DNA of 47,808 nucleotides from a virus (Duplodnaviria; Heunggongvirae; Uroviricota; Caudoviricetes): IMG/VR virus record IMGVR_UViG_2778261394_000006, positions 1 to 47,808 of that record; one strand, 5' to 3'. Shown piece by piece: positions 29,664 to 38,586 of this stretch (position 1 is its first letter; each line of letters starts with the position of its first letter). The notes under the pieces were generated by a model. It saw only the letters and a program-made list of their open reading frames with translations, ran no database searches and was not told where the DNA came from. The position numbers and the translations under genes were made by a program.

Positions 29664-30407
29664 TTATTCTTGAGTAACACTTAAACTCATCTCATTGAAT
29701 GCAGCCATCCTGTAACCTGCCGGTGTAACACCAAAATAACTCCTGAATACGCTGATAAAATAAGATGTAAAATTATAGCCGCACTGAGCAGCGATTCTGT
29801 TGATGGCGCAACGAGATTGATTCAACAGCATTGCTGCCATTCTCATTCTCTCTGTAAGCAACAACTCACTGAAACAGGTGCCTTCTTCTTTCAGTCTTTT
29901 TTTTAACAAACTTTCACTGATACATAACCGCGAAGACACATCTCTCAGAGTCCAGTTTGCTGCAATGTCCGTACGAAACAATGCACTAAGCCTGTCACTA
30001 ATATTGCTAATACACGCGGTCAGAAACGACGAAAACATCTTCTCTGATGAGAAAAACGCCAGACACGAAAAGGAAAGCATTTCCGCTAAATTGTCCGTAT
30101 GAATCTTTTCCTCACAAAGATAATCAATCAGGATGCCCATCAATTCTGCCTTGGGAAAACTCACGCAAAGATATCGTGGTATTTGCCGGACTAAAACTAC
30201 ATCCTGTTTTTCGTCTCCACACAACAGGTAACGGCTAATTGTCGATTCACTGAGACTTATTCGCCGAAAACATTCCGAAAAGGGCAATAACGATCCAGCT
30301 CCCCCCCTGACAAGAAGTGCACTACCACTTTCAAGAGAGAGCTCTTTTCCTTCAAAGAGCACAACAAACGGGGAATGAACAAAAACAACAGAACAGGCTT
30401 CATTCAT
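29664..30407 (-). CDS. AraC-family transcriptional regulator (moron between Q and lysis genes)
   Basis: C-terminal AraC-type HTH region (WTLRDVSSRLCISESLLKKRLK...FTSYFISVFRSYFGVTPAGY); AT-rich; start set at MNEACSV because upstream in-frame ATG overlaps the tR'-like hairpin. Confidence 0.7.
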   Translation of the reverse strand: MNEACSVVFVHSPFVVLFEGKELSLESGSALLVRGGAGSLLPFSECFRRISLSESTISRYLLCGDEKQDVVLVRQIPRYLCVSFPKAELMGILIDYLCEEKIHTDNLAEMLSFSCLAFFSSEKMFSSFLTACISNISDRLSALFRTDIAANWTLRDVSSRLCISESLLKKRLKEEGTCFSELLLTERMRMAAMLLNQSRCAINRIAAQCGYNFTSYFISVFRSYFGVTPAGYRMAAFNEMSLSVTQE

Positions 30408-30528
30408 ATCAATTGCCCTGACATTACTGGTCACAAGATAAGTATATATCGATTTACAAAAATACAAGCCGAAAGACCAGTATTCGCAACCACCAGCACG
30501 TTTTATGTTCTCTGCCGTTTTTCGGACA

Positions 30529-30551
30529 TAAAAAACCCGCTCAATGGCGGG
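30529..30551 (-). terminator. tR'-like terminator downstream of Q
   Basis: Minus-strand hairpin CCCGCcattgaGCGGG followed by a T6 run. Confidence 0.55.
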
Positions 30552-30611
30552 TTGTATCAAAGTTCATGCGCTTGGTTCACCTCGCGATACAGCTTTGCGA
30601 AGCTTAGCAAA

Positions 30612-30640
30612 ATTGAAGCGGTTTATGCGTAAAAAATCAA
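30612..30640 (-). promoter_or_regulatory. Putative late promoter (PR'-like): TTGATT-N17-TTCAAT
   Basis: Sigma70-like elements overlapping the Q stop codon, about 60-80 nt upstream of the tR'-like terminator. Confidence 0.3.
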
Positions 30641-31179
30641 GCCGTTTTTTGAGCGAATGATTCTCGCATAGGAATGTATAGCGCATACTCAGCAACGGCC
30701 AACCAATTAGCAATTCGCTTTTCGCATGTGCTAAAACACCACTCTGGGTGTGCATCATTTAGCAATTCAGCCATTTTGCGTTTGGTCATCCCCCGCCCCT
30801 CATACCGTTGACGAAGGACGCTAATCAATCCTGGATGCTCTGCCAGCACCTCACTTATGACCCGATCAATACATAACGCCTCTGCATCAGTACAATGCGC
30901 CAGCCAGCTCTTTTGCTTACCGTTAATCATATCCCGCAAAAAAGCCTCAAGTTCAGACTTGTTCAGACCTGCTTTTTTCATCCTCCGGAGCGCCTCGTTA
31001 ATTGCCGTTTTTGTCAGCTTTTTAGAGGCCAACAACTGGTTGAACATATTCCCCGTCTTACCGCCGCCAATATACGACCAGCGCCCCCACATGCGCAGTT
31101 TTCCCTGAATCCAGACACTTTCCAGCGTGGTGAGACGAAGGTGTTCCCCGCTTTTGCCTGTATTTGTTGGGTAAATCAT
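30637..31179 (-). CDS. Putative late antiterminator Q-like protein
   Basis: Last gene before the promoter/terminator unit and lysis cassette; start MIYPTNTGK; overlaps DUF1364-like gene stop. Confidence 0.55.
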   Translation of the reverse strand: MIYPTNTGKSGEHLRLTTLESVWIQGKLRMWGRWSYIGGGKTGNMFNQLLASKKLTKTAINEALRRMKKAGLNKSELEAFLRDMINGKQKSWLAHCTDAEALCIDRVISEVLAEHPGLISVLRQRYEGRGMTKRKMAELLNDAHPEWCFSTCEKRIANWLAVAEYALYIPMRESFAQKTA

Positions 31180-31466
31180 AAATAACCTTCCTTTCTCCAG
31201 ATTTCTTGCGTGCGAAAAACACCTTCTGCATGCATCAGGCGTAATTCTTCTTTGGTGTAATCGCTTGTTTTTACCCGCCCGTCGATTAAATCGTGGCACG
31301 AGCTACAGGCAATCGCTGCCTGCATATCGTGTGGCTTTATCGCCGTTCCGCACGTTCCCGCCAGTCGGTAATGCGCCAGCACAGACGTTTCGGGATTGTG
31401 ATTGCAGTAGCCAGGAATTCTGACCTGGCACATCTGGCCCCGCGCCGCTTTACGTAAATCCACCAT
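31176..31466 (-). CDS. YbcO-like (DUF1364) nin-region protein, putative zinc-binding nuclease
   Basis: MVDLRKAARGQMCQVRIPGYCNHNPETSVLAH resembles DLP12 YbcO. Confidence 0.65.
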   Translation of the reverse strand: MVDLRKAARGQMCQVRIPGYCNHNPETSVLAHYRLAGTCGTAIKPHDMQAAIACSSCHDLIDGRVKTSDYTKEELRLMHAEGVFRTQEIWRKEGYL

Positions 31467-32065
31467 TACGCAAACTCCAGTAGCTGCGCGGCCACATTTT
31501 CGACCTGTTCCGGAGAGGAAAATTTACGGAACAGAATCCAGTTCCACAGCACATTCAGTACAGATTTATAAACCTGCTGAAACTCGGTTTCGTCCATATT
31601 CGCAAACGCGATGGATTTCGCCCTGCGCCCACGGCTACCGTCCGGATAAATATGCTCGGTGTAAAATCCGGCCTGAATGGTTACCCACTCGCGGAAAGCC
31701 TCAAACGACATTAGCAATGCCGTATCACGGGTTCTGCGTGTCGCAACTGTATTCAGATATTGCTCTGCGGCTTCGCTCAGAGCTGGCGTATGTTCCCGGC
31801 CTACTGATTCACACAGGTAATCAACGAAACCGGACACCAGTTTTCGTTCGCTAGGCGTGATCGCCCCACCGACCGGAGTCCAGTAATCGAAACCCAGTTG
31901 CAGGAGTTTGAAAAAACGCTTGTGGAATGCGTAGTTACGCACACGCTTAAAGTCTGCGTGTATCCACTCACCTATTTTGATTTGATGCAGAAAATCGCAA
32001 CTCTCCGGCGTCGCCGGGAGAAGTAAACCAGAAGAAGTTTGTTTGACCAGTTGTATATGCGCCAT
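31466..32065 (-). CDS. Hypothetical nin-region protein (DUF1367-like)
   Basis: 199 aa ORF, 1-bp overlap with next gene; family from recollection. Confidence 0.5.
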   Translation of the reverse strand: MAHIQLVKQTSSGLLLPATPESCDFLHQIKIGEWIHADFKRVRNYAFHKRFFKLLQLGFDYWTPVGGAITPSERKLVSGFVDYLCESVGREHTPALSEAAEQYLNTVATRRTRDTALLMSFEAFREWVTIQAGFYTEHIYPDGSRGRRAKSIAFANMDETEFQQVYKSVLNVLWNWILFRKFSSPEQVENVAAQLLEFA

Positions 32066-32338
32066 TTCTCAATCTCTCGATGGCGCAGTGCAGCAGATGC
32101 CAGTTGTTCAGGCCGACGTATAAAGTATAAATAAACTGATTCCAGTGTAAAGCCCCCACATTGATGGAATAAAAACCAAACAACAGATTGCTGGGATAAA
32201 AACAACGCTTATTATTAAAAGCGGTTAAACAAATTAAATTTTAATGTTATGCAAATCTACCAGATCACCATAATATCTCATTTGAAAACCACTGAAATAA
32301 CAACCCTATCAGGATTAATCATATTAAGGTGAGTAAAT

Positions 32339-32425
32339 ATGGAAAACAACAAATCTGCACATTACGCTCCTTTTTTATCTGTAATACTTTTTGTTTTATG
32401 CTGTGCGTGGGCATTATTTTTATAA
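32339..32425 (+). CDS. Candidate small hydrophobic peptide (28 aa)
   Basis: MENNKSAHYAPFLSVILFVLCCAWALFL; AAGGTGAG Shine-Dalgarno 6 nt upstream; in AT-rich non-coding island. Confidence 0.2.
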   Translation: MENNKSAHYAPFLSVILFVLCCAWALFL

Positions 32426-32531
32426 AAATATTTACAGATAAAATAAAACCGCCAAAGTTGGTTAAGTGTGGGTGCGTTGAGGATGCATAATACATCAGAG
32501 GTGGCGAGGGATTTCTCCCTCGCCCGGTCTC

Positions 32532-32687
32532 TTACTCCTCAGGTTCGTAAGCTGTGAAGACAGCGACCTCCGTCTGCCCGGTTCGGATTCGTACCTCGCA
32601 GAGGTCTTTCCTCGTTACCAGCGCCGTCACAATGACGGTTAAACAGATGACGATCAGGGCGATTAACATCGCCTTTTGCTGCTTCAT
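32532..32687 (-). CDS. hokD: Hok-family type I toxin (HokD/RelF-like)
   Basis: MKQQKAMLIALIVICLTVIVTALVTRKDLCEVRIRTGQTEVAVFTAYEPEE; AAGGAG Shine-Dalgarno. Confidence 0.85.
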   Translation of the reverse strand: MKQQKAMLIALIVICLTVIVTALVTRKDLCEVRIRTGQTEVAVFTAYEPEE

Positions 32688-33244
32688 AGCCTGCTTCTCC
32701 TTGCCTTTCGGCACGTAAGAGGCTAACCTACATGTGCAAAGCATGAAATTGGCCTCAGATTAATGTTAAGCGTCTTGCCGGACGCGTAATGTTAACTGGG
32801 GCTTTTCTCTATCTGCCTTTTGGTGTTCATGCCTGAGGCAGATAGCCTCAAGCACCCGCAGCAATTCTAACTATCCAATAGATCAATGCCAACTTCTTTT
32901 CCTGCAACATCTCTCATCATAAGTGACCAAAATTCATCCAATCAGCACAAAAGAAACATTTAAAGCGTGAATGCTACCGAACGTTCATTTCAATTACATC
33001 GTTTTGATTTTTAACAGTTTTCACCTCAACAAATCAAATGGCATTAGCATTCATCATGGAAGAAAGACTGATAAAAATGATCATTTTCAATGACTTATGA
33101 TCACACCGGGTATTGCCAAGTCATTCCTTTTACGCCAGGATACCCACAAGTGAGTAGTCGAGGAGAATTTGCCAATTTTTGCGAAATAAATTTCAATGTC
33201 CGAAGAACCATTAATTGTTAATTGATTCTGTATAAGGTATTAAC

Positions 33245-34342
33245 ATGACAATTTCATATATTCCTATTCTGAAAGCGAAACGTTCTGAGTTATCAGCTTT
33301 ATCGCAGCTATCCATTGAAAAGAAATCAAAAATTTTGCCATTACTCGAAATTGAACCAGTGCCAATTGACCCTGATTCAGGTATTGCCTTAAAGAGTTAT
33401 AACGAGACTCTTATAGAGTTCGGAAAGAAAGTCTCAAAATCTTGCTCAGATATGCAAGGTGTTTATATTGATGGATTATTAATTGAAGAGCATTTTATTT
33501 CTCCTGAAGATCATTACCCTATAATAAATGCGGTTAATCAAGTTAGAGATATGGGGATAAGAGTTATTCCTGTCAGTTCACCAACTCGCCCATCTAACTA
33601 TAAAAGAGCGATTGATGAATTAATGCAGAATGAAATATGCTTGAGATTAACCACGTTAGATCTGGTTAACCCACAATTAATAACGCATTACATTAATCAT
33701 CTGGGAATTCCTTTATCAAATATTGATATAATTATTGACTTAAGAGATGAGTTAACCGAGGATAAACTTAATTCCGGCGAACTATATACTTTGGCAATGG
33801 GATTGATAAACAATCTGGCGCACCTCAATGAATACAGAAAAGTGATTCTTTCTGGGGGTTCATTTCCTACAGATCTCAGTGATATTTCTGTTGGTCTATA
33901 TTCTCAACCTCGAATCGAGTGGATTTTATGGCAGAGTTTAATGAATAGAAAAGAACTTGCCAGAAATGTGATTTATAGTGATTATGGAGTACAGCACCCC
34001 GACTTTAATAGGCTTTCGACGCGATTCCCTAGCGTATCTGCCAGCGTCAGATACTCTGGAGATAATGACTTTTGGGTATTTCGAGGAAGAGTAGCTAATC
34101 GCTTTGGTTATGAACAATATGGTAAACATAGTGAGGATATTCTTGCTCATCGAGAATATTCAGGGCCTACATTCTGTGCGGGAGATAGAGACATAGAATA
34201 TTATGCAAACGAGTATCAAGCCTACAAAGCCAATCCCTCTGGTAACTATAAATTTGGTAGCCCAGAGGTATGGCGTAGGATTGGGCAAAACCATCACATA
34301 ACTAAGGTTGTTGAGCAACTCGCCACTCTTTACGGGCTTTAA
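33245..34342 (+). CDS. Uncharacterised protein with beta-protein/sce7725-like N-terminus (MTISYIPILKAKRSELSAL)
   Basis: 365 aa ORF on the strand opposite to the operon; AT-rich; family from recollection of N-terminal motif only. Confidence 0.6.
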   Translation: MTISYIPILKAKRSELSALSQLSIEKKSKILPLLEIEPVPIDPDSGIALKSYNETLIEFGKKVSKSCSDMQGVYIDGLLIEEHFISPEDHYPIINAVNQVRDMGIRVIPVSSPTRPSNYKRAIDELMQNEICLRLTTLDLVNPQLITHYINHLGIPLSNIDIIIDLRDELTEDKLNSGELYTLAMGLINNLAHLNEYRKVILSGGSFPTDLSDISVGLYSQPRIEWILWQSLMNRKELARNVIYSDYGVQHPDFNRLSTRFPSVSASVRYSGDNDFWVFRGRVANRFGYEQYGKHSEDILAHREYSGPTFCAGDRDIEYYANEYQAYKANPSGNYKFGSPEVWRRIGQNHHITKVVEQLATLYGL

Positions 34343-34880
34343 GTTTAACTCGAACAGCTTCACGAAGCTCGCCAACATCCATACTATTGGCGAGTTTTGA
34401 CCATAAGACGCGTTTAGGTTTATTTTTCAAATTCTGTAGCTCCCCTACATCACTTAATAGGGAAAGCAATTCATCTTTCCAAAGAAGCATTGTTAAGGAA
34501 AGTTTGTCCACTTGTGGATTCAACTTGCTAGTTCGAATTGTTTTTAAATGGATACCTTGCCGTGCACCTTGCGTAACTTGCTTTATCCCCCACCATGATG
34601 GAACTATGCTTAAAGCATCATAAAGATGGCAATCAGAGACAACCAACGTTACTTTATCCATCACTGATGAGTAATGTTGCACCTGCGCTGGTAATCTGAG
34701 CAAGTTATCACTCTTGCTCTTCAACTCATAACCATGTATAAGCCCATTGATCACTGCTATATCAGCTCTGCTAGCCCCTAGATTCATCGTAAACTCATCA
34801 ATGATTAGGGTGTCAGGATCTTTATGATGATCTCTCAGAATCTTGGCATGCACAGCCTTTCTTACATCAATGTCTCTCAT
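34302..34880 (-). CDS. Uncharacterised PD-(D/E)xK-like protein (sce7726-like), convergent with and overlapping previous gene by 41 bp
   Basis: 192 aa; motif IIDEF...RADIAVINGLIHGYELKSK (D-x11-ELK). Confidence 0.6.
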   Translation of the reverse strand: MRDIDVRKAVHAKILRDHHKDPDTLIIDEFTMNLGASRADIAVINGLIHGYELKSKSDNLLRLPAQVQHYSSVMDKVTLVVSDCHLYDALSIVPSWWGIKQVTQGARQGIHLKTIRTSKLNPQVDKLSLTMLLWKDELLSLLSDVGELQNLKNKPKRVLWSKLANSMDVGELREAVRVKLKARKEWRVAQQP

Positions 34881-35185
34881 ACCATAGTTGCGCTTTCATC
34901 GACTCTCTCAAGCCATGATTCTATATCATGGTTCGCATGAATGCCATTTGATATGACCAGTGGTTAAACATTGCACAGAAAAGTAGATGTGTATTTTAAC
35001 AAAAGCAATGACGGCTAACCATGTTGGTATGTCGATAAAATGTTTCAACGTAAGCATTATCTGTTCCGCCCTTTCAGACGGCCTCCTGATGTTCTGAGGG
35101 TGCAGAATCCCTCCGGTTAAGGATTTAATAAAAATCGTTTCTGATTTAAATCTTCAGTATTTAGTTGTTAGTCGGTTTATAGCCT

Positions 35186-35497
35186 TTATGCTTCGGCCTT
35201 ATTTCTCAGCCATACACAAACCGGGCCATCTTCGGTGTCATGTATTGAACCAATAAACCATCCATTGCCCTCTGGTCGTTCCGGTTCCCATGCAGAAATA
35301 TCAGCATCACACGCATCAAGGTCAGCACATCCTTCATCTCTGAAGCAGAGGACGTATTGAAGATTATTTTCCTCCATCCAGGTGTTAAACTCTTCCGTTG
35401 AAATATATTCCCGACCGTCACAGAATTTTTCATATTCAGGATGTGCCCAGCAGCCATATTCATCACGTTCTACTGGTATTTCTCTAATTTCATTCAT
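35186..35497 (-). CDS. Hypothetical nin-region protein
   Basis: 103 aa acidic ORF, Cys-rich. Confidence 0.45.
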   Translation of the reverse strand: MNEIREIPVERDEYGCWAHPEYEKFCDGREYISTEEFNTWMEENNLQYVLCFRDEGCADLDACDADISAWEPERPEGNGWFIGSIHDTEDGPVCVWLRNKAEA

Positions 35498-35744
35498 TTC
35501 TGTTCTCCCACGTTTTCAGACTTTCACCGCAGAACGGGCAAAATGAAACCCGAACTGGTGATTTAGAAAATTCACCGGAGCGCAACGTCACCAAATCAGG
35601 GGCGCGAGTTAAATTCTCATTCCAGATTTTGTATATCAGCAGACCTTTTCGCTTCGTGTATTCAGCATCATGCTCAAGGGCTTTTGCCAGTACCGCACAT
35701 GGTTCTATCTGATTGCCATTAACCTGACATTTTGATTCGCTCAC
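35490..35744 (-). CDS. Hypothetical protein with C-terminal CPFC zinc-ribbon-like motif
   Basis: GTG start with AGGAGG 7 nt upstream; GTGA start/stop overlap with upstream gene. Confidence 0.45.
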   Translation of the reverse strand: MSESKCQVNGNQIEPCAVLAKALEHDAEYTKRKGLLIYKIWNENLTRAPDLVTLRSGEFSKSPVRVSFCPFCGESLKTWENRNE

Positions 35745-36163
35745 AGCATCACCTCCTGAAATTTCCCCTGATAAAACGCCAGCACTCGCTGCATAGCTTC
35801 GCTTTTCCGGCACTCGCGACAGATTATGTTCATACGCCTGTCGTAGCGACGTATTTCTCCGTCGGGTAATGACCAGATAAGGTCAGGATCAACTACAACC
35901 GGTTTCTTCACCTTTGCCCTCGATAGTTTTTTGCGGGCGTTTTGCCAGTCCTTACGAGCCTGTTCAGAGGGAAATAACCCGTAGCCAGAGTTGTATACAT
36001 CACCACTGGCGACCAGTTCTCTTGCGAGAACGCTCATTAAATATCTTGTCGCACCTGTCTTAGCTTCCAGTTGTCGTAACGTCTCGCGCCCACTCCGGCG
36101 TACTAGCTCAACAACCTGCCCTTTAATTTTTTCTCGCTCTTCCTGTGTAAATACTTTTGCCAT
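35741..36163 (-). CDS. Hypothetical nin-region protein
   Basis: Start set at MAKVFTQEEREK; CRECRK motif. Confidence 0.45.
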   Translation of the reverse strand: MAKVFTQEEREKIKGQVVELVRRSGRETLRQLEAKTGATRYLMSVLARELVASGDVYNSGYGLFPSEQARKDWQNARKKLSRAKVKKPVVVDPDLIWSLPDGEIRRYDRRMNIICRECRKSEAMQRVLAFYQGKFQEVML

Positions 36164-36179
36164 AAGCCCTCCCCAGGAA

Positions 36180-36941
36180 TCACTTTTCCGACACAATACG
36201 ACTGGAGGAATCAACAATCTGTCGAACAATATCCCGGTGCTTATTCAGCTCCCGCAGCGCGGCGCAGACACGCTCCCACTTCTGGACATGACTTTTCGCC
36301 CGACGCAGTTCGCGGTTTGCCATATGCAGCGATGGTAAAACCAGGTCATCCGCTTGCGTTTCGGCGAACGGTGGCAACGACTGCACAATGTCCGCCACAG
36401 TTTCTGTTTTAATATCTTCCTGTGTTGCAGCTTCCTGTACTGGTAACGCAACACCTGCTGGCTGAGGAAAGGCTTTACCATCATTTTCCGTTACCGATGC
36501 AATTTTCGGCTCTGCTGGTAAATTATTGCCCGGCATGCAGTAGCGAAATTTACCATTCTGATTGACGCGAATCAGACGCCCTTTGCTGATAGCCATTGCC
36601 AGCGTTGAAGCCACTTTGCGTGATGTGGTACCGAACCATGTAGCCAACTCATCCGCCGTTTGTGGTCCACGTTGTTCAATCGTCGCGGTTAAATCGCACT
36701 CTGAGATTTTCGCTACTGTTGCTGTGGTGGTTTCTTCCGGCAGTTCTGCCTGCGCTGGCTGTTCCTGCTGAACGTTGTTATCAGCCACACGCCAGGTGTA
36801 CGCGCTTTTATCAACAAAACCAGCCTTTTTCAGTTCCCATAGTTCGTTCAGCACTTCTTCACGACTGATATCAAGTCGCGCAGCAAGTTCTATGGATGTG
36901 GCTTTTCCCATTGCTTTCAGTGCGTCAAAAACAGTCTCCAT
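36180..36941 (-). CDS. Hypothetical winged-helix-like DNA-binding protein
   Basis: Start at [13 protein letters not shown]...; follows the DnaC-like gene. Confidence 0.5.
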   Translation of the reverse strand: METVFDALKAMGKATSIELAARLDISREEVLNELWELKKAGFVDKSAYTWRVADNNVQQEQPAQAELPEETTTATVAKISECDLTATIEQRGPQTADELATWFGTTSRKVASTLAMAISKGRLIRVNQNGKFRYCMPGNNLPAEPKIASVTENDGKAFPQPAGVALPVQEAATQEDIKTETVADIVQSLPPFAETQADDLVLPSLHMANRELRRAKSHVQKWERVCAALRELNKHRDIVRQIVDSSSRIVSEK

Positions 36942-36963
36942 TAAATTTTTCTCCCGGTAAAAA

Positions 36964-37710
36964 TTACTTCGCAATTCCTGGCTGGACGACATTCGGACGC
37001 CAGCTCTCCCAGTTAAAATTCACCCATCGCCCGCCGTTCATGGTCATGCGATCCATAATCCGCTCGCCGAGCAATGTTTTCATGGCCTCATAGTTCAGGT
37101 TTGTCAGCATCCCCACGCTGCGCATCGACGCTGTCCGGCGATCAACAATCTGGTGCAGTACCACCTGCTCGTTTTTCGTCTCGCGCTGAATGCCAATTTC
37201 ATCAAGAACCAGCAGATCCACTTCGCACAGTTCCCGCAAAAATTTTTCGCCTGACTGCCCATCGTCATAGCTGGCGTGCAGGGCACTCATAACATCAGCC
37301 ACGGTAACCACAATCACTGTCTGACCGTCTTTCAGCAGGCGATTCCCGATAGCTGCCGCTAAGTGGTTCTTCCCGGTACCAGGTTTTCCGCTGAACGCAA
37401 AATTTGTACACCCGGTCATCAGTTCATCAGCGATGGATTTCGCCTGACTCAACGCGTATCGCTGCGCTTCGTTCTGCACCTGGTAATTCGAAAACGAGCA
37501 TTTGCGGTGCAATGGCTGGATGCCAGAGCGATTCAGAATTTTTTCCACCCGCAACTGACGATTCTGACGGTTGATCTCCTCACAACGTTTCTGGCCTTCG
37601 GAAAGTTGCCACTCGCGCCACTCCGCTACCGTCTTGAATGGCGCGGTTACATGTGACGGGGCCAGTCTGCGGATACGTTCAAGAACGTCGCCTGTCGCAA
37701 TATTTTTCAT
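36964..37710 (-). CDS. ydaV: DnaC-like helicase loader (replication protein P analogue)
   Basis: Walker [14 protein letters not shown] and Walker B LLVLDEIG; 248 aa. Confidence 0.8.
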   Translation of the reverse strand: MKNIATGDVLERIRRLAPSHVTAPFKTVAEWREWQLSEGQKRCEEINRQNRQLRVEKILNRSGIQPLHRKCSFSNYQVQNEAQRYALSQAKSIADELMTGCTNFAFSGKPGTGKNHLAAAIGNRLLKDGQTVIVVTVADVMSALHASYDDGQSGEKFLRELCEVDLLVLDEIGIQRETKNEQVVLHQIVDRRTASMRSVGMLTNLNYEAMKTLLGERIMDRMTMNGGRWVNFNWESWRPNVVQPGIAK

Positions 37711-37716
37711 GGTCAG

Positions 37717-38523
37717 TTACCCCCTGAAGCCTGGCGGGATCGCACTATCCGGTAACGAGACGGTGTTAACCTGTCGGAGTAACGTCTCAGGTCGAACACC
37801 TTTCGGCGCGAACAAGCCCTGGTATTCATTGGCGATGCTGTGTCGAATCACCTGCTCAGGTGAAAAACCCTGCTGGCGGAATTTTTCCAGCTCCCGTATC
37901 GCCCCGTTAGCGCCCTGCTCCGTTCGAATCGGTTTTCGCAATGCCTGGCGAAATTCAACCCACTCACGCCAAAGCGAGACAGAAATCCAGTTCGGCAAAG
38001 CAATATCCAGAGGGTCAAACTTTTTGACACCTCGATTCCCCCGGGGGGGATTTAGGGGGGGATCTGTTTTTAGATCTTTATCTGTATCTTTATTAGTTGC
38101 CTTTGTGTTGACATCATGTTCAAACACCACTTCAACATCTGTTTGAACACCTGTTAAATTTCTCTCTTGTTTTGTTTGAACATCTGTTTCCTTTCTGCTT
38201 CTTCTGGCCTGAACAGATGCTTTTCCTGCGGCTGATTTTTTGGTTAATTTTTCCCTGACTGATGCCAGATCTTCCTCAATCCGAAGATGCACCCATTCCT
38301 CGCCGTTATCGCAAAAAAACTCCTGCAAGGATGGTTCAACATCAGCCCATCGCTCGTTAGTCAGACGGGCAATTTTTGCCAGCCTGTTTTTAGGTATTGG
38401 CTTTCCTGTTTGCCAGTAATTGAACATCAGCAACAAATACGCACCATGCTCCTCTGCTGACAAATGCATGGTGTCAGCCAGGTAATCAGCTATGTACAGT
38501 TGCATGTATGGTAATGCGGCCAT
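37717..38523 (-). CDS. ydaU: Replication initiator O-like protein (YdaU-like)
   Basis: Position between ydaT and the DnaC-like gene; iteron-like repeats within its linker-coding region; start uncertain (38523 or 38574). Confidence 0.6.
   Translation of the reverse strand: MAALPYMQLYIADYLADTMHLSAEEHGAYLLLMFNYWQTGKPIPKNRLAKIARLTNERWADVEPSLQEFFCDNGEEWVHLRIEEDLASVREKLTKKSAAGKASVQARRSRKETDVQTKQERNLTGVQTDVEVVFEHDVNTKATNKDTDKDLKTDPPLNPPRGNRGVKKFDPLDIALPNWISVSLWREWVEFRQALRKPIRTEQGANGAIRELEKFRQQGFSPEQVIRHSIANEYQGLFAPKGVRPETLLRQVNTVSLPDSAIPPGFRG
38038..38215. repeat. Putative replication origin: iteron-like TGTTYRAACA repeats plus G-rich/AT-rich segment with two GATC sites
   Basis: TGTTCAAACA at 38117, TGTTTGAACA at 38140 and 38173, AACATCTGTTT twice; ggggggg...gatctgtttttagatctttatctgtatc. 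Confidence 0.5.
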
Positions 38524-38586
38524 AATTGCCCCGTATGATGCTGCCCGGTGGCTTAGAATAAGCACAAACAGCATGGAAACTTTTGC

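Noticed and set aside
29106-29684. 192-aa + strand ORF opposite the holin region
   Set aside because: Pro/Thr/Ala-rich low-complexity translation from a GC-rich antisense frame; the minus-strand holin-like ORFs have ribosome-binding sites and TM helices and fit the lysis cassette
30408-30560. N-terminal 51-codon extension of the AraC-family ORF (start at 30560)
   Set aside because: That ATG lies within the tR'-like terminator hairpin and has no Shine-Dalgarno; the internal Met at 30407 gives a typical AraC regulator length
32066-33244. Possible tRNA or CRISPR content in the 1.2-kb AT-rich non-coding island
   Set aside because: No cloverleaf-compatible sequence or T-loop motif found by eye and no spaced direct repeats; the region is better explained as hok regulatory sequence plus promoter DNA
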